60,346 nt of DNA from a virus, in IMG/VR virus record IMGVR_UViG_3300031825_000012, positions 1-60,346 of that record; one strand, 5' to 3'. Below are positions 1-6,826 of the stretch, piece after piece. The stretch's first letter is position 1. Every line of letters starts with the position of its first letter. The position numbers and the translations under genes are program-made. The notes under the pieces were generated by a model. It was not told the origin of the DNA. It saw only the letters and a list, made by a program, of their open reading frames with translations, and ran no database searches.

Positions 1-127
1 GAGGTGGTGTTGCATGAGCGACCTTACCGCCTCCATCAAACTCGACAACGGGACTGTCATCACTGTCACCCGCTCGAATAACGCGGCCGGCGAGACCGTT
101 CTTTCCATCGACCACGGCAAGGAATCA
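1..127. repeat. Left copy of a 127-bp exact terminal direct repeat (identical to 60220-60346). It marks a circular or circularly assembled molecule of 60,219 bp.
   Basis: The first 127 bases recur verbatim as the last 127 bases. ORF 59910..60236 and ORF 14..202 become contiguous (GCATGA stop/start overlap) across the junction. Confidence 0.95.
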
Positions 128-202
128 TCGGTAGCGCGGCTGAAACTCAATGAACGCGCTGCACTGGTGAGCCTGCTGTCGGCCTCGGGAGCGCTGGGAT
201 GA
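14..202 (+). CDS. Hypothetical small protein (62 aa)
   Basis: The ATG overlaps the TGA of the NrdR-like gene across the junction. Third codon positions are G/C-rich. No motif recognised. Confidence 0.55.
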   Translation: MSDLTASIKLDNGTVITVTRSNNAAGETVLSIDHGKESSVARLKLNERAALVSLLSASGALG

Positions 203-204
203 CC

Positions 205-294
205 ATGTATGGCCGATTCCTCTGGTTCGTTGTCGGCATGTGCATGGGCGCACTGAGCCTTGCCGGCGTTGTCCTGTACGGAATCACGCAATGA
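205..294 (+). CDS. Possible 29-aa hydrophobic peptide (MYGRFLWFVVGMCMGALSLAGVVLYGITQ)
   Basis: Own translation. One TM-like helix; starts 3 nt after the stop of 14..202. Below the ORF-track size cut-off. Confidence 0.3.
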   Translation: MYGRFLWFVVGMCMGALSLAGVVLYGITQ

Positions 295-470
295 TTCCGG
301 CGCGCACGTTCCTCCCCTGTAACGACGCGCGCTGTGGCGCGGCCGGTGATCCTCCAGTCATCGGCCGCGCCTGCCTTATCGAGCCGGATCGGGTTCGCCT
401 CCCTGTGCCCGAGACGGTGAAACTGTGCGGCTGGGGAGATCATCCGATCTTCCTGGCCGCGCTTTCTTCG

Positions 471-662
471 TCATGCCGATCCCCGTATCTTCCGCCCCAG
501 CACGGCCATGGGAATCGCGTAGAGCATTTCCGTCGCCGCCTGATCGGTGACGCGCAGCAACTCCTGTCCGCCGTCGCGCATCAGCACGTTCAGCACGACC
601 CGGCCGGCATCATCCTGGCCCGCCCCCGTCACCGAAAGCACGTCGTCAAGCGTGCGGCTCAT
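471..662 (-). CDS. Hypothetical protein (63 aa) oriented against the surrounding early operon
   Basis: Lies within ORF 471..677. The internal ATG at 662 has GAGGGA 7 nt upstream and very strong G/C3 bias. The overlapping plus-strand ORF 240..695 looks like an Arg/His-rich antisense shadow. Confidence 0.6.
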   Translation of the reverse strand: MSRTLDDVLSVTGAGQDDAGRVVLNVLMRDGGQELLRVTDQAATEMLYAIPMAVLGRKIRGSA

Positions 663-823
663 TCTCGTTTCCCTCATCTCGGGAGCGCCGCATGACCGCG
701 AGCGCTCTTGCCATTCTGCCGGTCCCGCGACTGCAATCGCGCCCCGGCCTATTGCGAAAACTCCCGACCGCTAAGTCAGTCCGTCCCCGCGTCGTTGGCA
801 ACAATGACGCAGAGGGAACGGCA

Positions 824-1183
824 ATGAATAGCCTGTCAGACAGGAATACTTTCGGCTCGGTGAGGCACCGCGAACGGCTCGGGAGCGCATTGCGCAGGCG
901 GATAGCCATGGGGATGCCGCCCAAGGTCATCGCCGGCGCACTCGGCGTAACGGTCGATACCGTCCGCAATTGGGCGAACGAAGAGAACGACCCGTCTAGC
1001 TACATGATGGGCGAGCTTATGGCGTTCTTTGCGGATCGCGGGGATTTCGGATTCTGGGCCGAAGTCTATGGCCCCATCGGAGAGACCATGCGCAAGCGCT
1101 TCGCCGAACGCCAAGCCGAACAGGCGAAGCAGGCCGAACAGGAGCGCCGGCATATCGCGCTCCTAACGGGGATAGAAGAATGA
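824..1183 (+). CDS. Helix-turn-helix DNA-binding protein (120 aa)
   Basis: Lies within ORF 692..1183. ATG 824 has a GAGGGA RBS. The segment PPKVIAGALGVTVDTVRNWANEEN is HTH-like, and the tail is a QAEQAKQAEQ coil. Confidence 0.65.
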   Translation: MNSLSDRNTFGSVRHRERLGSALRRRIAMGMPPKVIAGALGVTVDTVRNWANEENDPSSYMMGELMAFFADRGDFGFWAEVYGPIGETMRKRFAERQAEQAKQAEQERRHIALLTGIEE

Positions 1184-1488
1184 CGGAACACATGCCACCG
1201 CTTTGCCAACATTGTGGCCGCAACACGGTCGTAAAGGACACCCGCCGGAGCGCCTGGGGAACTCGACGCCGTCGATATTGCATGAAATGTAAAACGCGCA
1301 GGACGACCATAGAGGTCGATTATGCCGAATATAAGCAGATGCTGAGGCACGCGGGTTCGACGAAGGGCGGCGATAACATCGCTGAAGTCTTGCGGAAGCT
1401 CGCGGCCGAACTGGATGGCGGCACCAACGAAGAACCACGGCCGATTAGACTTGGCGTGAGGGCCGATATGCGCGGCGGTGTCGCATGA
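1180..1488 (+). CDS. NrdR-like zinc-ribbon protein lacking the ATP-cone (102 aa); paralog of 59910..60236
   Basis: CQHCG...VKDTRR...RRRRYCMKCKTRRTTIE matches the NrdR N-terminal C4 ribbon pattern (CxxC..V.DSR..RRRR.CxxC..R.TT.E). ATGA overlaps on both sides. Confidence 0.75.
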   Translation: MTEHMPPLCQHCGRNTVVKDTRRSAWGTRRRRYCMKCKTRRTTIEVDYAEYKQMLRHAGSTKGGDNIAEVLRKLAAELDGGTNEEPRPIRLGVRADMRGGVA

Positions 1489-1943
1489 AATGGACCCCCG
1501 ACAAGAGCGAGGAACTGCAACGCCTCTGGCTCTCCGCTCTGACCCTCAAGGGGCTGGCATTCCGCTTCGGCGTCAGCACCGACGCCATCCGCAAGCGCGC
1601 CCGTATCATGGGACTCCGTCCGCGCTCGCTCAACCCGAGATCCCGGCGGGACGGTCTGGCGACGAAGGCCCGGGCTGTAGAGCTGGTGGCGGCCGGCAAG
1701 AGCCGATCGGAAATCGCGGCCGAGCTCCACACCACGGCCGTCACACTCAACCGTTGGCTCGGCACCGAACAGGAGCGGGTTGTCGATATCCAATTCGCGC
1801 CCGAGCGCATGAAGTACGACGAATATCAAGCGGCATGGATCGCCGCAGCCGGCCCGATCAACACGCCATTGTTTCGGAACATCCGATGCAGCGACTTCGG
1901 CAAGCCACCATCGATCGAAACGCACGTCCCGAGATGCGCATGA
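1485..1943 (+). CDS. GcrA-like regulator N-terminal domain plus a second HTH (152 aa)
   Basis: MKWTPDKSEELQRLWLSALTLKGLAFRFGVSTDAIRKRARIMGLRPR resembles the GcrA N-terminus (MSWTDE..L..LW..GLSA.QIA..LG.V.RNAVIGK.HRLGL.GR). A second HTH is KSRSEIAAELHTTAVTLNRWL. Confidence 0.65.
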   Translation: MKWTPDKSEELQRLWLSALTLKGLAFRFGVSTDAIRKRARIMGLRPRSLNPRSRRDGLATKARAVELVAAGKSRSEIAAELHTTAVTLNRWLGTEQERVVDIQFAPERMKYDEYQAAWIAAAGPINTPLFRNIRCSDFGKPPSIETHVPRCA

Positions 1944-2086
1944 CCTCCTACACCGCCGCCCATCTCCTCCGCAAGCTCGGGGTACGAGTCCACAAATACG
2001 ATACCCACCACTACCGCGTGGCCGGACATCGGATCTGGCGCGGGCACATGGTGGCGTTTCTTGAGAATCTGATAGGTGTCGGATGA
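1940..2086 (+). CDS. Hypothetical small protein (48 aa)
   Basis: Internal ATG of ORF 1478..2086 overlapping the upstream TGA (ATGA). No motif. Confidence 0.45.
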   Translation: MTSYTAAHLLRKLGVRVHKYDTHHYRVAGHRIWRGHMVAFLENLIGVG

Positions 2087-2322
2087 TCGATCCGCTCGCA
2101 CAAGCGCTCAAAGACGAGATCTGGCGGACGCACGTCGCGATGTTCGGCGCCGAGCCATCGTGGGAGGCGGCATTCTGGTATGCCGCCGACGCGGCCGCTC
2201 GCGCCAAGCGCACGATGTCACAGGGATTCGTGAGGGCTGACCCACCGACAGAAGCGCCACCTCCGAAGGTCCGCGTCGAGCCGCTGTTGAGCGCGGCAGA
2301 AATGAAGGTGGCTGCGGAATGA
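2083..2322 (+). CDS. Hypothetical protein (79 aa)
   Basis: ATGA overlaps at both ends; G/C3 bias. Confidence 0.55.
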   Translation: MIDPLAQALKDEIWRTHVAMFGAEPSWEAAFWYAADAAARAKRTMSQGFVRADPPTEAPPPKVRVEPLLSAAEMKVAAE

Positions 2323-2696
2323 CCGTCATCCTCTCCCAAGACGAGGCCGCGAAGCTCGGGCTCGCCCCGAAGCCAAAGCGGAATAAGTACAACGCGAAGC
2401 GCGTGCGCCGAGATGGCTATGGCTTCGATTCCCTCGTCGAGGAAAAGCGCTACTGCGAGCTAAAGCTGCGGGAGCGGGGCGGGGAGATCGATGGCCTTGT
2501 CGTTCATCCGCGTTTCGACCTCGCCGTCAACGGCAAGCGCATCGCCGTTTATGAGGCTGATTTCACCTATTGGGACCGCATCGCAAAGACAGGCCGCGTA
2601 GAAGATGTAAAAGGAAAAATGACCGCACTCAGCCGGCAAAAAATCGCGCATTACGAGGCGCAGTACGGCTTCAAGGTGGAGATCATCCGCAAATGA
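2319..2696 (+). CDS. DUF1064-type phage nuclease-like protein (125 aa)
   Basis: NKYNAKRV..DGYGFDS..E..RY.EL...YEADFTY....VEDVKG..T matches the DUF1064 signature as I remember it. Confidence 0.65.
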   Translation: MTVILSQDEAAKLGLAPKPKRNKYNAKRVRRDGYGFDSLVEEKRYCELKLRERGGEIDGLVVHPRFDLAVNGKRIAVYEADFTYWDRIAKTGRVEDVKGKMTALSRQKIAHYEAQYGFKVEIIRK

Positions 2697-2863
2697 ACCC
2701 CGCGCCCCTGATCGACCTAGCCGACGAACGCGCCATCGAAGCCGCACAACGGCAATACCGTCTGGCCCACCACGGCAACCGCGCCAAGGCAGCGAAGCAC
2801 AAGCTAAACGTCGTTCGCGATCTGCTGCGGCGCGAGTTGGCGGTGAAGAGGAAAGCAGCGTGA
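2693..2863 (+). CDS. Hypothetical small protein (56 aa)
   Basis: Internal ATG of ORF 2570..2863 overlapping the upstream TGA. Confidence 0.45.
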   Translation: MNPAPLIDLADERAIEAAQRQYRLAHHGNRAKAAKHKLNVVRDLLRRELAVKRKAA

Positions 2864-3081
2864 TCCGCTTCATTCGTCGCTTGCGCCTCTTACTACGATC
2901 CGAGGCCGTCAGGTCTTTCGGCTATGACGACCCGATCTCCAATTTGAGGAAGGCGGCACTGCTGTGAAATTCAATGCGGTCCAGAGACCTCCAGGACGGC
3001 CGCTGGAGTGCTGCTACACCGCAGATCGCGCGGGTGGGAACCTTCGCGATCAAGGGCACCGCCGGCTCTGGCGGCGATGCT

Positions 3082-3124
3082 CGATATTTCGGGTCGCGAC
3101 AGGTCCAACTGTCGCCGATATTTC
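3082..3124 (+). promoter_or_regulatory. Perfect 7-bp hairpin (GCGACAG-gtccaa-CTGTCGC) bracketed by the direct repeat CGATATTTC, just upstream of the RBS of 3140..3979
   Basis: Read directly: CGATATTTC at 3082-3090 and 3116-3124; stem at 3096-3102 and 3109-3115; AGGAGGA at 3130-3136. Confidence 0.35.
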
Positions 3125-3139
3125 TAGCCAGGAGGATAC

Positions 3140-3979
3140 ATGTCCAGCATTCGAATGACCTGCGATGAATGGATCAAGGTGCCCGACAATCCCCGGCAAC
3201 GCGACACCGAACGACATGCGGCCAAGGCAAAACACCTTCTGGTGCTCTCGCCGACGCACGTGCATGTATCGGCGGCCCAACTCCCGGACAAGAGTCTTAT
3301 CAAGTTGGACGGCCACACGCGCGCATTGGTATGGGGGCGCCGGATAGCAAAGCGCCCGCCTTACGTCGAGGTCGCGATCATCCCGGTATCCTCGCTTGAG
3401 GAAGCCAAGGCGCTCTACGGCCACTATGACAGCAAGGACGCGCTTGAAACGGCCACCGACAAGATTTCTGGCGGGTTCAATGAAATTGGATTCCAGCCGA
3501 AATCCGGACTCCTCAAGTCTGGCCGCATTGGCTCTGCACTGCGAATCGCATGGGTGGCCTTGAAGGGGTGGAGCAAGGAATCTGCGCCCAAAGATACTTA
3601 TCAGATGGTCAATGAATTTGCCGAGGAAATCCTTGCGCTTGACGACATGGAATTGAGCAAGTCGGCGGCAACCTCCGGGATCATCGCGGCGTTTCTGTTG
3701 TCATACCGCAAGCACGGCGACGAGTGTGTTGCGTTTTGGCGCGCAGTCTTCGCAGATGCCGGGACCAAGGCGAATGGTCAAATGGATGCCGTGCAGGCGC
3801 TGAATGAACTGATCTTGCAGCGGAAGGACCGACACGGCGGGAGCGCGATGACCGATCTCTGCGCCCGGGCGCTTCATGCATATGAGAAATATCGCAACGA
3901 GGAACTTCTTGGGATCGTCCCGAGGCCGCTCAACCTATCGGGGTATCTCACAAAGAAGCCCGGCAAGAAGGCCGCGTGA
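3140..3979 (+). CDS. ParB/Srx-like (DGQHR-like) domain protein (279 aa)
   Basis: PDNPRQRD...KLDGHTRALVW resembles the ParB/DndB-type DGxHR motif. Strong AGGAGGA RBS. Confidence 0.5.
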   Translation: MSSIRMTCDEWIKVPDNPRQRDTERHAAKAKHLLVLSPTHVHVSAAQLPDKSLIKLDGHTRALVWGRRIAKRPPYVEVAIIPVSSLEEAKALYGHYDSKDALETATDKISGGFNEIGFQPKSGLLKSGRIGSALRIAWVALKGWSKESAPKDTYQMVNEFAEEILALDDMELSKSAATSGIIAAFLLSYRKHGDECVAFWRAVFADAGTKANGQMDAVQALNELILQRKDRHGGSAMTDLCARALHAYEKYRNEELLGIVPRPLNLSGYLTKKPGKKAA

Positions 3980-3983
3980 CGTC

Positions 3984-4208
3984 ATGACCCACGCCGGATT
4001 TTTCAAATGGGACGATGCAGCGGATGAGCGATTGCGCGCAATGGCCGCAGCGCAAAAGAAGCGCCGCGAGATGGCTGCGGAGTTGGGCGTCAATATCGCC
4101 CAGATCGGCGGCCGGCTGTATCGGCTCGGCCTGACAAAGCCCAATGGGCGGCGCGGGCAATCGAGGAAGTGCGTCAACGGGGTGGCCGATGAACAGCCAT
4201 CGCATTGA
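3984..4208 (+). CDS. Second GcrA-like small protein (74 aa)
   Basis: Internal ATG of ORF 3876..4208. KWDDAADERLRAMAAAQKKRREMAAELGVNIAQIGGRLYRLGLTKP follows the GcrA N-terminal pattern. Confidence 0.55.
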   Translation: MTHAGFFKWDDAADERLRAMAAAQKKRREMAAELGVNIAQIGGRLYRLGLTKPNGRRGQSRKCVNGVADEQPSH

Positions 4209-4983
4209 GCGAATAGGGGCTTGCGAGCTGCATTACGGCGATTGCTTGGACATTATTCTGGGTCTTGATGGCGTTGATCACGTAATCACCGATCCGCCCT
4301 ATGAAGACGAACTGCATCAAGCCGTGGGTCGCATCCGACGTAACGACGGACAGAGGATGATTCAGGATCTTGGTTTCGTCGGCATTAACGCCAGCCGTTC
4401 CAATGTTGCCGCTGCGATTGTCACGATATCTCAGGGATGGGCCATTGTGTTCTGTCTCGCCGAGGGAGTGCGGGCTTGGCGCGATGATATGCAAGCGGTG
4501 GGGGCGAAGTACGACACATGTCTCGCATGGGTGAAGCCAGACGCCTCGCCAAGATTCAACGGGCAGGGCGCAGCGCGCGGGTTTGAATGTGCCATCACAG
4601 CATGGTGTGGTAAGGGCTACCGCCGGTGGAATGGGGGCGGTCGTCGCGGGGTATTCACGCACCCGGTCAATACCGATAGGCAGGGCGAGCATCCGACAGA
4701 GAAGCCGCTGCCGCTGATGCGTGAGATTGTGAGTCTTTATAGCAATCCCGGAGAAATGATCCTGGACCCGTTCTGCGGCAGCGGCACAACAGGAGTTGCG
4801 TGCGCGCGATTAGGCAGGCGCTTTATCGGCATTGAATCCGACCTGCGTTGGTTCGATTTGTCCTGCCGGCGGATTGAGGAAGCCTATCGACAGGGCGATA
4901 TGTTCCGCGAGCCAGCGCCAAAGCCCGAACAGATGAAACTGGACGTCACCGCCAGCATCACCCCACCAGCCGCAGCAGAGTAG
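4189..4983 (+). CDS. DNA methyltransferase, beta-class, probably N6-adenine (264 aa)
   Basis: Motif IV VITDPPYEDE lies N-terminal to motif I ILDPFCGSGTTGVACARLGRRFIGIE. This order is as in CcrM-type enzymes. Confidence 0.85.
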   Translation: MNSHRIERIGACELHYGDCLDIILGLDGVDHVITDPPYEDELHQAVGRIRRNDGQRMIQDLGFVGINASRSNVAAAIVTISQGWAIVFCLAEGVRAWRDDMQAVGAKYDTCLAWVKPDASPRFNGQGAARGFECAITAWCGKGYRRWNGGGRRGVFTHPVNTDRQGEHPTEKPLPLMREIVSLYSNPGEMILDPFCGSGTTGVACARLGRRFIGIESDLRWFDLSCRRIEEAYRQGDMFREPAPKPEQMKLDVTASITPPAAAE

Positions 4984-5052
4984 AGACATGGATCTCATCC
5001 GCGATATCACCGCGATCCACCAAAATTCCGGAAGTTAGACCGCAAATGGGGC

Positions 5053-5742
5053 GTGAAAGCGACTCGCGCGATCCTTAAAAGTGATCGGATGAAAACGACA
5101 AACCGCATACCATCCCCCGCCCAGTCCACCGATGCGCCACGCCATATCAGCGAGGTAGCGCGGGGCCCCATTGCGCGCGTCCTGTCGCTCGCGCCGATCC
5201 CCACGCTGTGGAATGGGACCGTCTTTAGGAGCCGCACTGAGGCCCGTTGGGCGGCCCTCTTTGAGATCGCCCACATCCCCGCTGAATATGAGGTCGAGGG
5301 CTACGATCTCGGCGGAATTCGTTACCTCCCCGATTTCTTTGTTTCGGACTGGAATCTCTTCATAGAGGTCAAGCCAACCGATCCGACTGCTGAAGAGCTG
5401 CGAAAAGCGGGCTTGCTCCAAGCGCTCTCTGGCTGCCGTTGCCTGATCGTTGTCGGGCAGCCTTGGGAATTCCGGGGTTGGCTGGTAGAGCCCGGTCTTT
5501 GCGAGGTCGGCGAGCCGCCGAAGTGTCAGGCGATGCTCTCGCGGTGCCGAAAATGCGACCGGATGGGCATCAGCTACCGGACGCCCGGCGCCTCCGGAGA
5601 GATCAACCTCGAGCGCTGCAAATATGCCGACGACCATTGCACCGACAAATGGACGTTCTTTGGCAACGGGCTCGAGGACGCGGCGAGGGCGATCAAGGAA
5701 ATCACGTTCGGAATTTACGATGACGGCCGGCACACAGCCTGA
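5053..5742 (+). CDS. PD-(D/E)xK nuclease-like protein with a Cys-rich C-terminus (229 aa; start uncertain, GTG)
   Basis: FRSRTEARWAALFE...YLPDFFV....FIEVKP is the D..(D/E)xK arrangement seen in phage/archaeal Hjc-like nucleases. Confidence 0.55.
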   Translation: MKATRAILKSDRMKTTNRIPSPAQSTDAPRHISEVARGPIARVLSLAPIPTLWNGTVFRSRTEARWAALFEIAHIPAEYEVEGYDLGGIRYLPDFFVSDWNLFIEVKPTDPTAEELRKAGLLQALSGCRCLIVVGQPWEFRGWLVEPGLCEVGEPPKCQAMLSRCRKCDRMGISYRTPGASGEINLERCKYADDHCTDKWTFFGNGLEDAARAIKEITFGIYDDGRHTA

Positions 5743-5763
5743 CCGCCAGATTTAGGGGCTTCA

Positions 5764-6522
5764 ATGGCGCGCATCAGAACAATCAAACCGGAATTCTTCG
5801 TCAATGAAGCTCTATCTGGGCTTCCGATCGAATGCCATATGCTGGCGGCCGGTTTGCTCTGTTATGCGGATGATGAGGGGTATTTCAATGCCCATCCTGG
5901 CCTGATCAAGGCCGCTGTATTTCCACTTCGCGAACTTTCAGTGAGCGTTCCGGAAATCCTCCGGAGGCTTCACGATATTCGCTATATCGGCATCGGTGAA
6001 GGGGCCGATGGTCGCCAATATGGGCATATTATCAAGTTCGCTGATCACCAAAAGGTCAGCCATGCCAGGGACAGCAAAATAAAAAAGATTTCAATTACTT
6101 GGCATGAAATCGGGAAGCTTCCGGAAATATTCCGGAATTCTCCGGCGGCCCTCCGCCCTGAACTGAATAGAACTGAATTGAAGGGAATAGATATTCCGAC
6201 TACGTCGGACGCGGACGCGTCGGATGATTTGGAAATACCAACTCCGGAACCGTCTGATCCCCCAAGCCTCAAGGCTGCGATCTTCAAGCACGGCTTGCCA
6301 TGGCTCTCCGCCAAGACCGGCAAGGCCCCGGACAAACTCCGCGCGCAATTCGGCAAGTGGTGTCGGGACCACGGCGATACCGAGGTTATGGCCGCCTTGG
6401 TTGAGGCGCAGCGGCGAGATCCGGTGGACCCGATCGCTTGGCTTGAGGGTTCTCTGAGAGCCAGAGCGAAGCCCAAGGGCCAGCCGCCACCCCGAATCAC
6501 CCCCATCGGCGTAGGGGGCTGA
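5764..6522 (+). CDS. Conserved phage replication-region protein (IKPEFF family, likely winged-helix) (252 aa)
   Basis: The N-terminus MARIRTIKPEFFVNE...LLCYADDEGYF is a motif I recognise from prophage replication modules. It sits directly upstream of the primase. Confidence 0.5.
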   Translation: MARIRTIKPEFFVNEALSGLPIECHMLAAGLLCYADDEGYFNAHPGLIKAAVFPLRELSVSVPEILRRLHDIRYIGIGEGADGRQYGHIIKFADHQKVSHARDSKIKKISITWHEIGKLPEIFRNSPAALRPELNRTELKGIDIPTTSDADASDDLEIPTPEPSDPPSLKAAIFKHGLPWLSAKTGKAPDKLRAQFGKWCRDHGDTEVMAALVEAQRRDPVDPIAWLEGSLRARAKPKGQPPPRITPIGVGG

Positions 6523-6523
6523 A

Positions 6524-6826
6524 ATGAGCGCCCCTGAACTGCTTCGCAAACACGGGATCGAGCTTCGGAATGTCAGCAATGGAAACCGCAAAACTCTCTG
6601 CCCCCAATGCTCCCACAAGCGGCGGAACAAGCGCGATCCATGCCTCTCGGTCTGGATCGGGCCCGACGCCATTAAATTCCATTGCTTCAATTGTGGCTGG
6701 AAAGGGGCCGACGGCGGCGATCAAACCACTTACGCCGCGGTTGATCGAAATCCTCGAAGCAAGGGCGCTCGACGTCGAGTTGCTGGCGAAGCATGGCGTC
6801 GGCGCATCCAATCGGCTCAATGGTGA
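6524..6826 (+). CDS. Primase zinc-ribbon module (N-terminal part of a gp4-like primase-helicase, in a different frame from the rest)
   Basis: CPQCSHKRRNKRDPCLSV...FHCFNCGWKG is a C4 ribbon. After about 6707 the frame becomes Arg-rich nonsense. Confidence 0.7.
   Translation: MSAPELLRKHGIELRNVSNGNRKTLCPQCSHKRRNKRDPCLSVWIGPDAIKFHCFNCGWKGADGGDQTTYAAVDRNPRSKGARRRVAGEAWRRRIQSAQW

Noticed and set aside
240-695. 151-aa plus-strand ORF
   Set aside because: Its 3' two-thirds are the Arg/His-rich antisense of the better-supported minus-strand gene 471..662. The Cys-containing N-terminal part (from ATG 291) has no in-frame stop before that overlap, so I do not call it.
1320-2339. 339-aa minus-strand ORF
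   Set aside because: It is antisense to four tightly coupled plus-strand genes with recognisable motifs. Its Arg/Ala/Gly/Ser-rich composition is typical of shadow ORFs in GC-rich DNA.
2860-2967. 35-codon GTG-initiated ORF overlapping the stop of 2693..2863
   Set aside because: It is full of codons that are rare in this genome (TTA, CTA, CGA, AGG x2) and is too short to support.
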